Positions 28,340 to 38,399 of a DNA stretch of 64,000 nt are shown piece after piece (position 1 is the stretch's first letter; each line of letters starts with the position of its first letter). A program made the position numbers and the translations under genes. The stretch is from Prolixibacteraceae bacterium (GTDB lineage Bacteria > Bacteroidota > Bacteroidia > Bacteroidales > Prolixibacteraceae): positions 4,003-68,002 of the forward strand of contig DASXUZ010000080.1 in assembly GCA_036504555.1 (NCBI GenBank), read 5' to 3'. Below the pieces are notes generated by a model. It saw only the letters and a list, made by a program, of their open reading frames with translations. It was not told where the DNA came from and did no database searches.

Positions 28340-29578
28340 TTATTTCTTTTTCTTTCTGGATTTGACTGTTTGGGCTGTTTTTTCTTCTTCCACCATCAGG
28401 GCTTTCCAATCGTTGGGATTATCCTCCGACAAATCGATGGTGGCCGTGTAGTCTTCCTTGTTGATGAGCAGAACTTTTACTTTCTGATCCAGGAATGTTT
28501 CAATTTCATCCAGAACAGGTTTTTCTTCAGGGCTGCAAAATGAAACGGCCAGCCCCTTTTTCACCCCGCGTCCGGTTCGTCCGACGCGATGTACGTAGTT
28601 TTCGGCCACTTCAGGCAAATCATAATTGATTACATAATCGACATCGGGGATATCAATGCCCCTTGCACTGACATCAGTGGCAATAAGAATTTTCACCTCT
28701 CCGGTCTTAAAGCGGTTCAACACATCGATCCGGTCCTTTTGATCCTTATCGCCATGGATGGTGAGGCTTTCGATCTCCACCCTCTCCATGGCCTTAAAGA
28801 CCCTTTCGGCCCTGACTTTTGTACGGACAAATACCAGAATCTTTGAATCAGGATGTTCTTTGACCAATCGCTCCAGGAAATAGCGCTTGTCATCCATATC
28901 GATCATTGCCACCGAATGGGTTACATTTTTAGCCACCGGATTCTTGGGCGATATCTCTATACGAATGGGATTTGAGGTCAGTGAATATGCCAATTCCTTG
29001 ATTTCAGGACTGATGGTCGCTGAAAAGAAGAGCGTCTGCCTGCTTTTGGGAAGATGGTGGATCAATTGCCGAATGTCGTTGATAAACCCGAGTGCCAACA
29101 TGTGATCCGCCTCATCGAGTACCAGCACCTGAATTTTATCCAGCAGGATGTGCCCCTGGCTCACCAGATCAAACATGCGGCCTGGAGTGGCGATTAAAAT
29201 ATCCACTCCGTTTTTCAAGGTCGATATCTGGGGATCCTGTTCAACGCCTCCAAATACACAGGCTGTTTTAACCCTTGTATACCGGCCAATGGTTTGAAAA
29301 ACCTCAGTCAGCTGCAAGGCCAGTTCGCGGGTAGGCACCATCACCAGGCAGAAAATATAATCGCTACGACTACTACTTTTTAATTGATGAATGATATCGA
29401 TCACAGGAATGGCGAACGCGGCTGTTTTGCCTGTGCCGGTTTGAGCAATGGCCAAAACATCATCTCCTTTCAGGATGGGAGAGATGGCTTTGTATTGAAT
29501 ATCGGTGGGCCGGCGAAAGCCTAAACTTTCAAGACTTCGTTTTATATCAGAAGAAATGCGGTAATCGTCAAATTTCAT
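28340..29578 (-). CDS. DEAD-box ATP-dependent RNA helicase
   Basis: Q motif, AQTGTGKT, PTRELA, TPGR, DEAD, SAT, ARGID and HRVGRTGR. Start at 29578 or 29587. Confidence 0.96.
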   Translation of the reverse strand: MKFDDYRISSDIKRSLESLGFRRPTDIQYKAISPILKGDDVLAIAQTGTGKTAAFAIPVIDIIHQLKSSSRSDYIFCLVMVPTRELALQLTEVFQTIGRYTRVKTACVFGGVEQDPQISTLKNGVDILIATPGRMFDLVSQGHILLDKIQVLVLDEADHMLALGFINDIRQLIHHLPKSRQTLFFSATISPEIKELAYSLTSNPIRIEISPKNPVAKNVTHSVAMIDMDDKRYFLERLVKEHPDSKILVFVRTKVRAERVFKAMERVEIESLTIHGDKDQKDRIDVLNRFKTGEVKILIATDVSARGIDIPDVDYVINYDLPEVAENYVHRVGRTGRGVKKGLAVSFCSPEEKPVLDEIETFLDQKVKVLLINKEDYTATIDLSEDNPNDWKALMVEEEKTAQTVKSRKKKK

Positions 29579-29761
29579 ATTACTCATTGATTATATGACT
29601 ACAAAGTAACACATTTTTTAGACGATTTGTGGTAGAATCTGTATGAGGTAAAACGAGGGGTCTCTTTTAAAGTCAAATAATGGTCAAACAAATCACCCGT
29701 AAGGATAAAAAAAAGGAAAGTCAATTCTGACTTCCCTGTATCATATAGAAATTATGAATCT

Positions 29762-30235
29762 CTATTTACTGGCATCTGCTTTACGCGCTGAATAGTTGAT
29801 GTGCAAGGCAGCTGCTTTACGCAACTCAAGCTTGATCTCACCGACGATTTGCATCTTTGTGAATTCATCCACCTTCAGGGAGGTTACCATGAAAGGGATT
29901 TCCGATTCATCCCTGGAAGCCCTTTCGGCAATGATAAAGTTTGCAATGTCAGAGACTTTCTGGAATTGGTCATTTAACTGAATTGTTGGTTCAGTACCAT
30001 GAACTTTGACATACTGTTTCTGAGGAGGTCCGACATAAATGTAGCTAACCAACGATTTTTTCTCCAGCTTAGTCAGTTCGGTAGCTGTAGGTATTTTAAC
30101 TTTCACCATTAAACTGACGTCCCTGATAGTGGTAGTCACCATGAAGAAGAAAAGGAGCATGAATACAATATCAGGTAATGAGGCCGTGGAAATTGCTGGC
30201 AATTCCTTCCCTGCACTTTCTTTAAATTTTGACAT
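29762..30235 (-). CDS. exbD: Biopolymer transport ExbD/TolR family protein
   Basis: STASLPDIVFMLLFFFMV TM motif with the conserved Asp. Confidence 0.9.
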   Translation of the reverse strand: MSKFKESAGKELPAISTASLPDIVFMLLFFFMVTTTIRDVSLMVKVKIPTATELTKLEKKSLVSYIYVGPPQKQYVKVHGTEPTIQLNDQFQKVSDIANFIIAERASRDESEIPFMVTSLKVDEFTKMQIVGEIKLELRKAAALHINYSARKADASK

Positions 30236-30813
30236 TATTTTCTCCCTCCTATCGTTTTAGGTTCAGCTTCTGATATTCTTGAAGGGACAGCCTCCCTGAT
30301 AGCATCTTTCTGCCCTGTAGTACAATCGAGATACTTTTTACCGAATTTCTGGAGGGCTAAATCATCTCTCAATTCATTGATTGCCGCCACCAATTCGTTT
30401 TGTACAGCGATATACATTCCATATTGGGTTCCATGATCGTTTCGAAGCGAAATGACCCCTTTTGTTACCGGCACAGTTCCCAAAAGTGGGATTTCCGTAA
30501 TTTTTGTTTCCGGCAGATTTTCAGCGCTACCCGCATTTAACATGAATTCCTTGGCCTTTGCACGAAGATCTTCAACCTTGGAAATCTCACCTTCAACCAT
30601 CAAACGATTGTTGGCATCCAACAAAACGGTAAACACATTTCGTTCTTTGATCGGCGGAGTATCATCCTTCTCCTGATTTTCAGGAGGCATCTGTGGCAGA
30701 ACACGTTCCAAACCACTATCAACATCCATTGATGTTGCTGTAATAAAGAAGATTAGCAGCATAAACGCAATGTCAGCCATTGATGCAGAAGGTATTTCTG
30801 GTGTTTTTTTCAT
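30235..30813 (-). CDS. exbD: Biopolymer transport ExbD/TolR family protein (second paralog)
   Basis: SASMADIAFMLLIFFIT; 1-bp TAATG overlap with the next gene. Confidence 0.9.
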   Translation of the reverse strand: MKKTPEIPSASMADIAFMLLIFFITATSMDVDSGLERVLPQMPPENQEKDDTPPIKERNVFTVLLDANNRLMVEGEISKVEDLRAKAKEFMLNAGSAENLPETKITEIPLLGTVPVTKGVISLRNDHGTQYGMYIAVQNELVAAINELRDDLALQKFGKKYLDCTTGQKDAIREAVPSRISEAEPKTIGGRK

Positions 30814-30838
30814 CTTACTTTTTTTTGAAAATTAAAGT

Positions 30839-31294
30839 TTACTTAAAAAACCCAGAGATCGCTGACCATACAATGGTGAGTATCGAAATTGCAATCAGGA
30901 TGTAGGAGGCAATCAGTCCGGTTCCGATCCAAAGTAAAATAGTGGGGGTAACGGTCCCGTTTTGAACAAATTTATCAGCACCAAAGAATTTTGGCATCTC
31001 GGTATCTGAGAACAAATAAGAAACACCAATAACAGCCACTAAAAAACCAATGCCAATCAAAGCATTTTTGGTAGCTTTTTTATCGGATATTGTATTTACA
31101 AATTCCAATACTACGGCTGCAACACAGACCACTGCGAGCAAAATATAGGACCAATAGAGATTGCTGCCAATCCATTGCAACATCCCTGGATCACCTGTAT
31201 TTGGATCAAGATTAGCCCACAATGAAACAATCAGAAATAGTGAAAAGGCCAGAAGTACCCATAATATGATAGTTGTTATTTTAGCAAATTTCAT
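30839..31294 (-). CDS. Four-TM hypothetical membrane protein inside the exbB-exbD operon
   Basis: Four hydrophobic segments; 8-25 bp spacing to its neighbours. Confidence 0.8.
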   Translation of the reverse strand: MKFAKITTIILWVLLAFSLFLIVSLWANLDPNTGDPGMLQWIGSNLYWSYILLAVVCVAAVVLEFVNTISDKKATKNALIGIGFLVAVIGVSYLFSDTEMPKFFGADKFVQNGTVTPTILLWIGTGLIASYILIAISILTIVWSAISGFFK

Positions 31295-31302
31295 GGGGTC
31301 AA

Positions 31303-32115
31303 TTATTTTTTAGAATTGAATTTCACCAAGATATCAATCAAAGAAATAGAGGCGTCTTCCATGCTGTTAACAATACTGTCAATTTTAGAAACGCTGTAAT
31401 TATAGAACACCTGAAGGATCATCGCTACAATCAAACCGCCAATGGTTGTGATCAAAGCCACTTTGATACCCCCGGCTACCAATGAGGGGCTGATGTCTCC
31501 CGCAACTTCAATGGCATCGAAGGCCTGAACCATCCCGATTACTGTTCCAAGGAATCCCAGCATAGGGCCCAGGGCAATAAAAAGGGCAATCCAAACCAAT
31601 CCTTTTTCCAATAAGCTGGTTTGAACACCTCCATAGGCAACAACGGTTTTTTCAACTACATCCAATCCTTCGTGTGAACGATCCAATCCCTGGTAGAAAA
31701 TACTTGCCACAGGACCGCGTGTATTTCTACAAACTTCCTTTGCCGCTTCAATACCACCGGTATTCAATGCTTCTTCAATTTTTTCCAGTAATTTTTTGTT
31801 GTTCGTGGAGGCAAGATTTAAGTAAACAACTCGCTCAATAGCAATGGCAAGACCTAAAATCAAACAGATAAGAATTGAGGTCATGAAACCTGGACCCCCT
31901 TCAATAAATTTTTGTTTCAATGCGCTGTGCATTGACTGGCCTTCCTCTGCCTGAGCCGCCGCAACTTCATCGGGATCGGTAACTGGAGCTTTTTGTGCCT
32001 GAGATTCTTTTTTGATTTCAGTTTGGCTTGCAGGTGTATCCTGAGCCACTACCAGGCTGGATGCTGTTGAGTATAGCATGCCTAGAACTGCAATTAAAGC
32101 AATTAGTTTTTTCAT
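31303..32115 (-). CDS. exbB: MotA/TolQ/ExbB proton channel protein
   Basis: GPMLGFLGTVIGMVQAF and VAGGIKVALITT.GGL motifs. Confidence 0.93.
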   Translation of the reverse strand: MKKLIALIAVLGMLYSTASSLVVAQDTPASQTEIKKESQAQKAPVTDPDEVAAAQAEEGQSMHSALKQKFIEGGPGFMTSILICLILGLAIAIERVVYLNLASTNNKKLLEKIEEALNTGGIEAAKEVCRNTRGPVASIFYQGLDRSHEGLDVVEKTVVAYGGVQTSLLEKGLVWIALFIALGPMLGFLGTVIGMVQAFDAIEVAGDISPSLVAGGIKVALITTIGGLIVAMILQVFYNYSVSKIDSIVNSMEDASISLIDILVKFNSKK

Positions 32116-32292
32116 ATTGGTTAATATTTTAATTAGTAAATCTTTAAATTATAAATTGTGTTTATCTGTCAGTCATTTCCCAACTTCCAACTTCTTTTTT
32201 TCAAAAGATCAAACCACCAATTTTAATGACTAATAAAGAGAACTTATTTAAAATAATTATAACCCCTATATAAAAAAACTAATTTCTGAAAG

Positions 32293-32380
32293 CGGAGAGA
32301 GAGGGATTCGAACCCTCGGTACCCTTTTGAGGTACACACGCTTTCCAGGCGTGCCAGTTAAGCCGCTCCTGCATCTCTCC
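32293..32380 (-). tRNA. tRNA-Ser (anticodon GGA)
   Basis: Minus strand: GGAGAGA acceptor stem, anticodon arm CACGC-CTGGAAA-GCGTG, long variable arm GTACCTCAAAAGGGTAC, GGTTCGAATCC T-loop, discriminator G; CCA not encoded. Confidence 0.97.
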
Positions 32381-32443
32381 AATACGATCTGGCACTCAAT
32401 TTCAGTGTGCAAAATACGAAAAATAAGTGAATAATTAAACTCA

Positions 32444-33475
32444 CTATTCACTTATTTCCCCAATCAAACTTTTATTTAAATGTAACTTGATTTCTTCGTG
32501 TTCCAAACCTTGTCCCAAGAGGAACATCAGCTTGGTAATTGCCGCTTCTGTGGTCATATCTTTACCGCTTACCACACCTGCATGCTCCAATTCATTGCCC
32601 GTTTCATATCGTCTCATATCGACTGCACCGCCCTGACATTGAGTGACATTCAAAAATATGATTTTTCGTTTGATCGCATTTTTAATCAGACCAATCATCC
32701 ACCGGTTGGTTGGAATATTGCCCGATCCAAAGGATTCCAAAACCACTCCTTTCAAGCCTTGAATATTTAAGATACTTTCAAAAACCATCCTTCCCATCCC
32801 TGGGAAAAATTTCAAAACAACAACATTTTCGTCAAAATGGGTTCTTACTTTGAGGATTCCCTTATTGGCCGAATGGTGAATGTTCTCTTGGAAGTACTTT
32901 ATTTCAACTCCTGCATTGGCCAGGGAAGGATAATTTACCGATGAAAAGGCGCTGAAATCGTCGGCATGCCTTTTCGAAATCCGATTGCCCCGATATAATT
33001 TGGAATTAAAATAGACACACACCTCCGGCACAATGGATTCCCCGTTTCTTTTGGCGGCAGCTATCTGTATAGCCGTAATGAGGTTTTCCTTGCCGTCAGT
33101 CCTTAATATCCCAATCGGAAGTTGTGCTCCGGTCAATACAATGGGCTTATCCAGGTTCTCGAACATATAACTGAGAGCGGAGGCCGTATAGGCCATGGTA
33201 TCGGTGCCATGCAAAATCACGAATCCATCGTATTTGTGGTAGTTCCGTTCTATGGTGTTGGCTATTTTGACCCAGATCAAGGGAGTCATGTTCGAGGAAT
33301 CGATCGGGGGTGAAAAAGTCACTACCTGAAGGTTGTAACCCAAACGATCCAGATCGGGAACCTCTTCTTGAATGTGATCAAACTTTACGGGAACAAGAAT
33401 GCCGCTCACTGGCTTTTGAACCATCCCAATGGTGCCACCAGTATATATGATAAGAATCGAAGGTCTGTTTTTCAC
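32444..33475 (-). CDS. ansA: L-asparaginase type I
   Basis: IYTGGTIGM, IDSSNM, HGTDTM, GNR..K and ESFGSGN; GTG start. Confidence 0.95.
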   Translation of the reverse strand: MKNRPSILIIYTGGTIGMVQKPVSGILVPVKFDHIQEEVPDLDRLGYNLQVVTFSPPIDSSNMTPLIWVKIANTIERNYHKYDGFVILHGTDTMAYTASALSYMFENLDKPIVLTGAQLPIGILRTDGKENLITAIQIAAAKRNGESIVPEVCVYFNSKLYRGNRISKRHADDFSAFSSVNYPSLANAGVEIKYFQENIHHSANKGILKVRTHFDENVVVLKFFPGMGRMVFESILNIQGLKGVVLESFGSGNIPTNRWMIGLIKNAIKRKIIFLNVTQCQGGAVDMRRYETGNELEHAGVVSGKDMTTEAAITKLMFLLGQGLEHEEIKLHLNKSLIGEISE

Positions 33476-33503
33476 TTCTCTTTAGATTGTCTGACAAAAG
33501 TAC

Positions 33504-34271
33504 TTAAATCCCGAATAGTTTCCGGGCATTCTCAGTGGTAATCTTTGCAATTTCTCCAACAGTCATTTGGTGAAGGTCGGCAATTTTTTGGGCAACATAA
33601 ACCAGGTAAGAACTTTCATTGCGCTTCCCGCGAAAAGGGACAGGTGTCAGGTAAGGAGAATCAGTTTCCAGAATCAGGTGAGATGGATCTATCTTGCTGA
33701 TTATCTGATCAAGCCCGCTTTTCTTGAAGGTTACAATTCCACCTACCCCTATTTTGAAACCAAGCTCAATGATTAATTGTGCCTGTTCATAGGTGCCTGT
33801 AAAACTATGGAAAACACCTGTCAGTTTTTTATCGTTCGTCTCCATTAATACCTTGTAGACCTCATCAAACGAATCGCGTACATGGATTACTACCGGCAAG
33901 TCGTATTGACGGGCAAGTTCAAGTTGAAAGCGAAAGGCGTGGGTTTGTTCCTCCAGGAATGCAGTTTCCCAAAATAAATCGATCCCAATTTCCCCGATAC
34001 CATAAAATTTACGTTTTTTCAACCAGTACTCCACCACCTGTAATTCTTCCTGGTAATCATTGTTCACCGATGTCGGATGCAATCCCATTAGGGGAATACA
34101 AATGTGCGGATAGGTATCTACCATATCGAGCAGATTTTTTACCGACGAACTATCAATGTTGGGAAGTATAATTTTCCTCACATCATTGGAATAGGCACGT
34201 TGAATCACTTCATCACGGTCATGGATGAAATCGGTTGAATAAATATGAGAATGGGTATCAATCAACATTTT
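33504..34271 (-). CDS. tatD: TatD family deoxyribonuclease
   Basis: IDTHSH, GLHP, GEIGID, IHVR, GVFHSF and LETDSPY. Confidence 0.95.
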   Translation of the reverse strand, partial: KMLIDTHSHIYSTDFIHDRDEVIQRAYSNDVRKIILPNIDSSSVKNLLDMVDTYPHICIPLMGLHPTSVNNDYQEELQVVEYWLKKRKFYGIGEIGIDLFWETAFLEEQTHAFRFQLELARQYDLPVVIHVRDSFDEVYKVLMETNDKKLTGVFHSFTGTYEQAQLIIELGFKIGVGGIVTFKKSGLDQIISKIDPSHLILETDSPYLTPVPFRGKRNESSYLVYVAQKIADLHQMTVGEIAKITTENARKLFGI

Positions 34272-34382
34272 CTGCAAAATTTGACCAAAATAAGGGAAAA
34301 TTAACCACCCAAATATGAAGCCAATATTATTTTATTGTGCGGGAAGAACAATTTATTATAAATTTATTGCCAGTAAGGGATT

Positions 34383-34440
34383 AAAAAGGAGTGTTCTGAA
34401 AGTCTGTCTCGGGAAACAGACTTTCAGAACACTCCTTTTT
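34383..34440. terminator. Long perfect hairpin terminator downstream of gdhA
   Basis: 25-bp perfect stem (AAAAAGGAGTGTTCTGAAAGTCTGT and its complement) with an 8-nt loop. Confidence 0.85.
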
Positions 34441-34463
34441 ATTATTGCTATCGAATTAACCGA

Positions 34464-35798
34464 TTAAACGATTCCCTGAGCGAGCATGGCATCAGCCACT
34501 TTCACAAAACCTCCGACATTGGCACCTACCACATAATTGACCTTGTTCCCGTTTTTACCATATTTGACACAGGTATCATGAATTTCTTTCATGATGCGGT
34601 GCAAATACATGTCCACTTCTTCTTTTGGCCAATTCATCCGAATTGAATTTTGAGACATTTCAAGGCCAGAAACAGCCACTCCACCAGCATTTACTGCTTT
34701 CCCGGGAGCAAAAGTAATGGCTTCAGTCAAATAGCTGACCGCCTCAGCGGTACATCCCATGTTGGAAGTTTCAGCCACCAGGAAGCATCCGTTTTTAACC
34801 AGTAATCGGGCATCTTCCAGGTTCACTTCATTCTCGCAGGCACAAGGGATGGCAATGTCAACGGCGCACTCCCATGGCTTTTTGTCAGCAACAAATTGAG
34901 CGCCGAATTCCTGTGCATAAGGCTGAACTACATCGTTATTGGAAGCGCGAAGTTCAAGCAAATAGTCAACTTTTTCGCCTTTGATACCCTCTGCATCATA
35001 TATATATCCATCGGGTCCCGAAATGGTCACCACTTTTCCGCCCAGTTCGTTGATCTTAGTGATCGCTCCCCAGGCCACATTTCCAAAACCTGAAACACTG
35101 AAAGTTTTGCCTTCTACCTCCTTTCCCAAGGTTGTGAGCATATGTTGTACAAAGTAAACGGCACCAAACCCGGTTGCTTCAGGACGGATCAAGCTTCCGC
35201 CCCAGCCGATTCCTTTGCCCGTCAGAACGCCCGTGAATTCATTCTTCAGGCGTTTATACTGTCCAAACAGGAAACCAATTTCGCGGCCACCGACCCCAAT
35301 ATCTCCAGCAGGAACATCCGTATTGGGTCCAATATGGCGGTATAACTCGCTCATAAATGATTGGCAGAATCGCATGATTTCATTGTCAGACTTGCCTTTG
35401 GTACTAAAATCAGATCCACCTTTTCCTCCACCCATGGGAAGAGTGGTAAGGCTGTTTTTGAAAGTCTGCTCAAATCCTAAAAATTTCAAAATACTGAGTG
35501 TAACGGTGGGGTGAAACCGCAATCCACCCTTGTAGGGTCCAATGGCTGAATTGAATTCAACGCGGAAACCGCGGTTAATCTGAACTTCGCCACGATCATC
35601 AATCCATGGAACGCGGAAAATAATGGTGCGCTCAGGTTCTACCATTCGCTCCAGTATTTTGGCTTTTTGATATCTTGGATTTTTCTGATAGACATCCCAC
35701 ACCGATTCTACCACTTCCTGAACTGCCTGATGAAACTCGCGTTCGCCCGGTGTGCGGGCTTTCAGAGCTTCCAAAAATTCATTGATGTCTGCTTTCAT
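34464..35798 (-). CDS. gdhA: Glutamate dehydrogenase (GdhA family)
   Basis: GPYKGGLRFHP, LPMGGGKGG, DVPAGDIGVG, RPEATG, SGFGNV and KAVNAGGV. Start at MKADINEF; -7 box TAACTTTG at 35916-35923 (minus). Confidence 0.96.
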   Translation of the reverse strand: MKADINEFLEALKARTPGEREFHQAVQEVVESVWDVYQKNPRYQKAKILERMVEPERTIIFRVPWIDDRGEVQINRGFRVEFNSAIGPYKGGLRFHPTVTLSILKFLGFEQTFKNSLTTLPMGGGKGGSDFSTKGKSDNEIMRFCQSFMSELYRHIGPNTDVPAGDIGVGGREIGFLFGQYKRLKNEFTGVLTGKGIGWGGSLIRPEATGFGAVYFVQHMLTTLGKEVEGKTFSVSGFGNVAWGAITKINELGGKVVTISGPDGYIYDAEGIKGEKVDYLLELRASNNDVVQPYAQEFGAQFVADKKPWECAVDIAIPCACENEVNLEDARLLVKNGCFLVAETSNMGCTAEAVSYLTEAITFAPGKAVNAGGVAVSGLEMSQNSIRMNWPKEEVDMYLHRIMKEIHDTCVKYGKNGNKVNYVVGANVGGFVKVADAMLAQGIV

Positions 35799-36127
35799 CT
35801 TTTTATAATTTGTTTTTACTGGTCCTAAAATCACCCCTGCCGGTCCCTGTGAAGATTGGGAATATGCAGAGATTTTATCAATGGAAAATATTTTCCTTAT
35901 TTTTTAATTGATAGCCAAAGTTAGGACATTCAAGTGGTGTAAATTCTAATTCAAAAAAAACAGACAATAATGTAATTAACAGATTATATGATTGTTACTT
36001 GATATCAAATGAATGTTTAACAACATAGGTTGACTTTCGTCAGTATTTCAAACGCCCAGGAAGGGACTAAAATGAAAAATCGGGAACAATGTGGCCATTC
36101 TTCCCGATCCTTGTCCAAATTAGTGGA

Positions 36128-37354
36128 TTATGCTTTGGCTGCAGATTTTTCAACTGCCCGAAAAACCCTTAAAAGATTACCACCCCATATTTTCTTTATT
36201 TCATTTTCAGTATACCCTCTGCGAAGTAACTCCAGGGTAATATTTGGGAACTGGCTCACATCGGCACAATCGCGCAATCCGCCACCTCCATCAAAATCAC
36301 TGCCAATACCCACATAATCAACACCCACCAGCTTCTTCACATAGTCAATATGATCGACCATTTCCTTGATCGTTGGAAGTTCGCTGGTATAACTGGCCTG
36401 CACATCATCCCATTCCTTTTCAAAAACAGCCTTGTCTGCTTCCGACATGCTGTTATAGGTGGTCCTGTATATTTTATGAAGTCGTTTTTCAGTCTGGAAT
36501 TTAACAGAAGTTGTATCTGGTTCCTTGATATACACATCCAGCAGACAAATCTGAATCACACCCCCCTTTTGGGCCAGCTTTTTAATCATCTCATCGGTCA
36601 TGTTACGATTGTGCATCGCCACCGAACGCACTGAACTGTGGGAGGCGATCACCGGAGCCTTGCTCAATTCAATGGCATCAAAAAATGACTTGTCCGATGC
36701 ATGTGAAATATCTACCATCATTCCCAGGCGGTTCATTTCAGCGATCACCTGACGGCCAAAATCGCTCACCCCCTTGTGCTCTGCCGGAGCTGGATCGCTC
36801 GACGAATCACAGATATCGTTGTGGAATGAATGGCAAAGGGTAATGTATCGAACGCCTCGTTTGTAAAACTCTTCAACACGTGACAAATCCGTTGCAAGAG
36901 GAAATCCATTTTCCATACCTATATAGGCAGCTCGCTTACCTGTTTTTTCAATGCGTTCCAGATCATCCGCCTTGAGGGCAAGCGTTACAAGATCGCTGTT
37001 GTTTTTGACCATGGCATGAATGGAATCAAGCATTTGATTGGCCAGTGCATATACCTTCTGGTAATTTTCCTCAGTACGTGGCTTCTGCCCGGTAAATACG
37101 GCGAAAAACATGGCATCCAGTCCACCTGATTTCATGCGTGGCAAATCAACCCGGCTTTTGGGAGCCTTGTGCTCATCGCGGATGTTGAACCCCGGTTTAA
37201 TCATCTGCATGGGGGTATCGCAATGGGTATCAATGGTCAAACAGTTGGCATGGATGCGCTGTGCCTTCTTTTCCAGTTTATTCATATCCTTTTCAGTTGT
37301 AAAACCCATTAGCATTCCTAAAGTCAGGCAAAGGGTCAGCGCTTTTGTAATCAT
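36128..37354 (-). CDS. Membrane dipeptidase (peptidase M19), exported
   Basis: IDTHCD, GMENG, YITLCH, VDISH, IASHSS, GSDFDGGG and GGNLLRV. Likely start MITKAL. Confidence 0.92.
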   Translation of the reverse strand: MITKALTLCLTLGMLMGFTTEKDMNKLEKKAQRIHANCLTIDTHCDTPMQMIKPGFNIRDEHKAPKSRVDLPRMKSGGLDAMFFAVFTGQKPRTEENYQKVYALANQMLDSIHAMVKNNSDLVTLALKADDLERIEKTGKRAAYIGMENGFPLATDLSRVEEFYKRGVRYITLCHSFHNDICDSSSDPAPAEHKGVSDFGRQVIAEMNRLGMMVDISHASDKSFFDAIELSKAPVIASHSSVRSVAMHNRNMTDEMIKKLAQKGGVIQICLLDVYIKEPDTTSVKFQTEKRLHKIYRTTYNSMSEADKAVFEKEWDDVQASYTSELPTIKEMVDHIDYVKKLVGVDYVGIGSDFDGGGGLRDCADVSQFPNITLELLRRGYTENEIKKIWGGNLLRVFRAVEKSAAKA

Positions 37355-37425
37355 AGCTTCAGTTGATTTTTGGTTTTGAGATTCCAAATGTAATGAAAAA
37401 AACTATTTTGTAATTTTCATCATTT

Positions 37426-37569
37426 TTGCACACTTTGCACGATTTGCACGATTTGCACGGCTGTTGTTTTTAATCAATTTTGGTTCAAAGACTTGTTTTT
37501 TTGAGAAGGTGGAATAGAAAAGAGAGAAAATGCACATCGTACAAAACGTGCAAATCGTGCAAAGTGCTC
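37426..37569. repeat. Foldback element family 1, copy B (4 + 4 nine-mers)
   Basis: TTGCACACT TTGCACGAT TTGCACGAT TTGCACGGC ... TGCACATCG TACAAAACG TGCAAATCG TGCAAAGTG CTC, with the same central spacer as copy A. Confidence 0.92.
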
Positions 37570-37673
37570 TCCCAATTACCTTCCCCATCGAAAAAACAGG
37601 GCCATTCATCGAAAAAAATTGCAGCCTGATTGAATTCTCTCGATCTTCGTCTCAGAATTAAAAATCAACAATT

Positions 37674-38399
37674 ATGAAACTCAAGAAATTAGTGCTCATT
37701 AGCGGAATCCTGTTCTTTATTTCAGGATGTGGTGACTTTTTCATGATCTGTTCGCTGAACCACTTCTACCTGGAGAAAGATGTCACCCTGGCTCCCGAAA
37801 TTGAGGGCAGTTGGACTGTCCATCCGCTACGCGCCAAATCGGATACAACAGAGGATCAATCCAGCATCTGGCAATTGGCCGACACAACTTCTATATGGCA
37901 AATCAAACAATTCTTTTCAGAAGAGAAAGTAAAGACCAAAAGGGGCCAGGATTCTATTGTTTTCAAGCCTCAGAATCATTACGTTGTAAAACTGACGGGC
38001 CAACATCCAGATTCCATACGCTACCAATACCGACTGGATCTGTTCCGCATAAAGGGCAACTTGTATGCCGACTTCTGCGCTTATGAATCACCGGCAATAA
38101 AAGGCAGCCGGGTGGAAAAAGAAAATTACCTGACCGTACACACCCTTGCCAGGGTTCGAATTCACAATAAGCAACTGAATGTTTCGTGGCTGGGGTCGGA
38201 ATACATGCGAGACATGATTGAAAAGAAACATGTCAGGATTAAATACCATTATGTGCAGGATGCCCAACGATTGTTGCTCACCGCCTCATCGGAAGAATTG
38301 ACCAATATGATTGAGCGATATGCTGATCAAACGCGCTTTATTGACTGGCAAGACCAGCCTGCCATGTTACAATTAACTCCCATCAATCCACTGCCATGA
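37674..38399 (+). CDS. Hypothetical lipoprotein
   Basis: Lipobox FISGC; ATGA overlap with the downstream kinase gene. Confidence 0.8.
   Translation: MKLKKLVLISGILFFISGCGDFFMICSLNHFYLEKDVTLAPEIEGSWTVHPLRAKSDTTEDQSSIWQLADTTSIWQIKQFFSEEKVKTKRGQDSIVFKPQNHYVVKLTGQHPDSIRYQYRLDLFRIKGNLYADFCAYESPAIKGSRVEKENYLTVHTLARVRIHNKQLNVSWLGSEYMRDMIEKKHVRIKYHYVQDAQRLLLTASSEELTNMIERYADQTRFIDWQDQPAMLQLTPINPLP

Noticed and set aside
32293-32380. tRNA-Ser as the attachment site of a genomic island
   Set aside because: It is flanked by core genes; I saw no integrase or duplicated tRNA 3' end.
34383-34440. Long perfect hairpins (25 bp here, 23 bp at 49869) as mobile elements
   Set aside because: Each is single-copy, has no tandem units and sits just after a stop codon with A/T tails; they are best read as terminators.
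37403-37609. Cys-periodic ORF (CTICTFCTMC)
   Set aside because: It is the same repeat read in another frame, and is not conserved in copy A.
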